A DNA stretch of 32,000 bases from contig NC_014033.1 of NCBI RefSeq assembly GCF_000025925.1, positions 1,770,001 through 1,802,000 on the forward strand. The letters run 5' to 3'. This DNA is from Xylanibacter ruminicola 23. GTDB taxonomy: Bacteria > Bacteroidota > Bacteroidia > Bacteroidales > Bacteroidaceae. Under the pieces are notes generated by a model. It was not told the origin of the DNA. It worked only from the letters and a program-made list of their open reading frames with translations, and made no database searches. Both the position numbers and the translations under genes were made by a program. Within the stretch, counting starts at the first letter, position 1, and the number at the start of each line of letters is the position of its first letter. Positions 30,653-32,000 of the stretch are shown here, piece by piece.

Positions 30653-32000
30653 TTACTCTTCAACAGCTGCCTGGGCGGCGGCGAGGCGGGCGATGGGCAC
30701 GCGGAATGGAGAACAAGATGCGTAGTTCATGCCAATCTTAGCGCAGAACTTAACTGAGCTGGGCTCACCACCATGCTCACCACAGATACCGCAACGCAGG
30801 TCAGGACGAACCTCACGACCCTCATTAACGGCAAACTTGATGAGACGGCCAACACCCTTCTGGTCGAGTACCTGGAATGGGTCAACCTTCAGGATCTTCT
30901 TATCGAGGTAAACAGGCAGGAACGATGCGATATCGTCGCGGCTGTAACCGAAGGTCATCTGAGTCAGGTCGTTAGTACCGAATGAGAAGTACTGAGCCTC
31001 TGAAGCAATCAGATCGGCTGTGAGGGCAGCACGTGGAATCTCGATCATTGTACCAATCTCGAACTCAACCTCGATACCATACTCAGCGAATACCTCCTTA
31101 GCGGCATACTGGATAACCTCCTTCTGCTGCTTGAGCTCGTTGATAGTACCAATCAGAGGAACCATGATCTCAGGCATTGGGTTCTTACCCTCCTTCTTCA
31201 GCTCACAAGCTGCAGAAAGGATAGCCTTGGTCTGCATAGCAGTAATCTCAGGGAATGTGATACCCAGACGGCAACCACGGTGACCCAGCATTGGGTTGTT
31301 CTCAGCAAGTGAGTCAACACGGCGCTGGATTTCCTCCAAGCTAACGCCCATCTCCTTAGCCATGGTCTGCTGACCAGCCAGATCGTGGGGAACGAACTCG
31401 TGGAGAGGGGGATCGAGCAGACGGATGTTAACGGGCAGTCCGTCCATAGCCTCGAGGATACCCTTGAAGTCGGCCTTCTGATAAGGCAGCAGCTTAGCAA
31501 GAGCCTTCTCACGTCCGGCAACGCTGTCGGCCAGAATCATCTCACGCATAGCAACAATCTTCTGATCCTCGAAGAACATGTGCTCGGTACGTGTAAGACC
31601 GATACCCTTAGCACCGAAAGCGCGAGCCACCTGTGCATCGTGTGGAGTATCAGCATTGGTACGAACCTGCAGCTTGGTGTACTTGTCGCAGAGGTCCATC
31701 AGCTCCTTGAAGTCGCCAGAAAGCTCGGCAGCCTTGGTTGGAACCTCGCCAGCATATACCTGACCAGTTGTACCGTTCAGAGAGATGAAGTCGCCCTCCT
31801 TATATGTTACACCGTCGATCTCAACAGTCTTATCCTTATAGCTTACATTCAGAGCACCAACACCCGATACGCAGCACTTACCCATACCACGAGCCACAAC
31901 GGCTGCGTGAGATGTCATACCACCACGAGCGGTCAGGATACCCTCGGCAGCAGCCATACCAGCCAGGTCCTCAGGAGAGGTCTCGATACGTACGAGTACT
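30653..32000 (-). CDS. ppdK: Pyruvate, phosphate dikinase, C-terminal ~450 residues (5' part lies beyond the window)
   Basis: GGMTSHAAVVARGMG (phospho-His domain), a PEP-utilizer TIM-barrel region and the ...GICGEHGGEPSSVKFC...SCSPFRVPIARLAAAQA ending. The frame stays open to nt 32000 (VLVRIETSPEDLAGMAAAEG). Confidence 0.95.
   Translation of the reverse strand, partial: VLVRIETSPEDLAGMAAAEGILTARGGMTSHAAVVARGMGKCCVSGVGALNVSYKDKTVEIDGVTYKEGDFISLNGTTGQVYAGEVPTKAAELSGDFKELMDLCDKYTKLQVRTNADTPHDAQVARAFGAKGIGLTRTEHMFFEDQKIVAMREMILADSVAGREKALAKLLPYQKADFKGILEAMDGLPVNIRLLDPPLHEFVPHDLAGQQTMAKEMGVSLEEIQRRVDSLAENNPMLGHRGCRLGITFPEITAMQTKAILSAACELKKEGKNPMPEIMVPLIGTINELKQQKEVIQYAAKEVFAEYGIEVEFEIGTMIEIPRAALTADLIASEAQYFSFGTNDLTQMTFGYSRDDIASFLPVYLDKKILKVDPFQVLDQKGVGRLIKFAVNEGREVRPDLRCGICGEHGGEPSSVKFCAKIGMNYASCSPFRVPIARLAAAQAAVEE

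Overview
The window looks like Bacteroidales chromosome, possibly Prevotellaceae-like. Support: many TAnnTTTG -7 promoter boxes, numerous lipoproteins and a PPDK gene. I see four blocks. (1) 63-5998, plus strand: a five-gene lipoprotein operon. It encodes a binding-protein-like domain fused to a C13 legumain-like protease, two mosaic paralogous lipoproteins flanking a TlpA-like thioredoxin-fold protein, and a FISUMP-domain lipoprotein. (2) About 6000-19900, almost all minus strand: an accessory, phage/plasmid-like island with no integrase, transposase or relaxase visible. It holds a PIN toxin-antitoxin pair, a Fic/Doc gene flanked by ~257-bp direct repeats of the 3' end of an M15 peptidase gene, and the M15 lysin-like peptidase. 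It also holds a primase-polymerase plus P-loop helicase-like replication module, a Rha/KilAC regulator, several small unknown genes, a WYL regulator and a BspA-like repeat lipoprotein. An HU-like gene, an untracked 34-codon 'smalltalk'-like ORF and HipBA complete it. (3) 19900-27600: housekeeping or detoxification-type genes. These are SGNH hydrolase, hotdog thioesterase, a YgbA-like protein, a LUD-domain protein, an ElaA-like GNAT, and an AraC regulator divergent from a four-gene operon (ferredoxin, ABM, cyclophilin-like, alpha/beta-hydrolase). (4) 27800-32000: a membrane protein plus ABC ATPase pair, a PaaI thioesterase, an unknown gene, and the 3' part of ppdK running off the window. The most unusual non-coding structure is at 17102-17251. 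A perfect 38-bp A/T-only palindrome is bracketed by inverted copies of an ACTGT-rich block, and a 31-nt copy of that block sits 5.9 kb away inside the 3' end of the primase-like gene. Other notable signals are heptamer micro-arrays (CATTAAA-type abutting start codons; TGAAAAG-type in frame in two unrelated genes), a G8 tract in the protease gene, and a Fic active-site His-to-Gln change. I saw no rRNA, tRNA or CRISPR array. All homology calls come from motif recognition by eye, not database searches.
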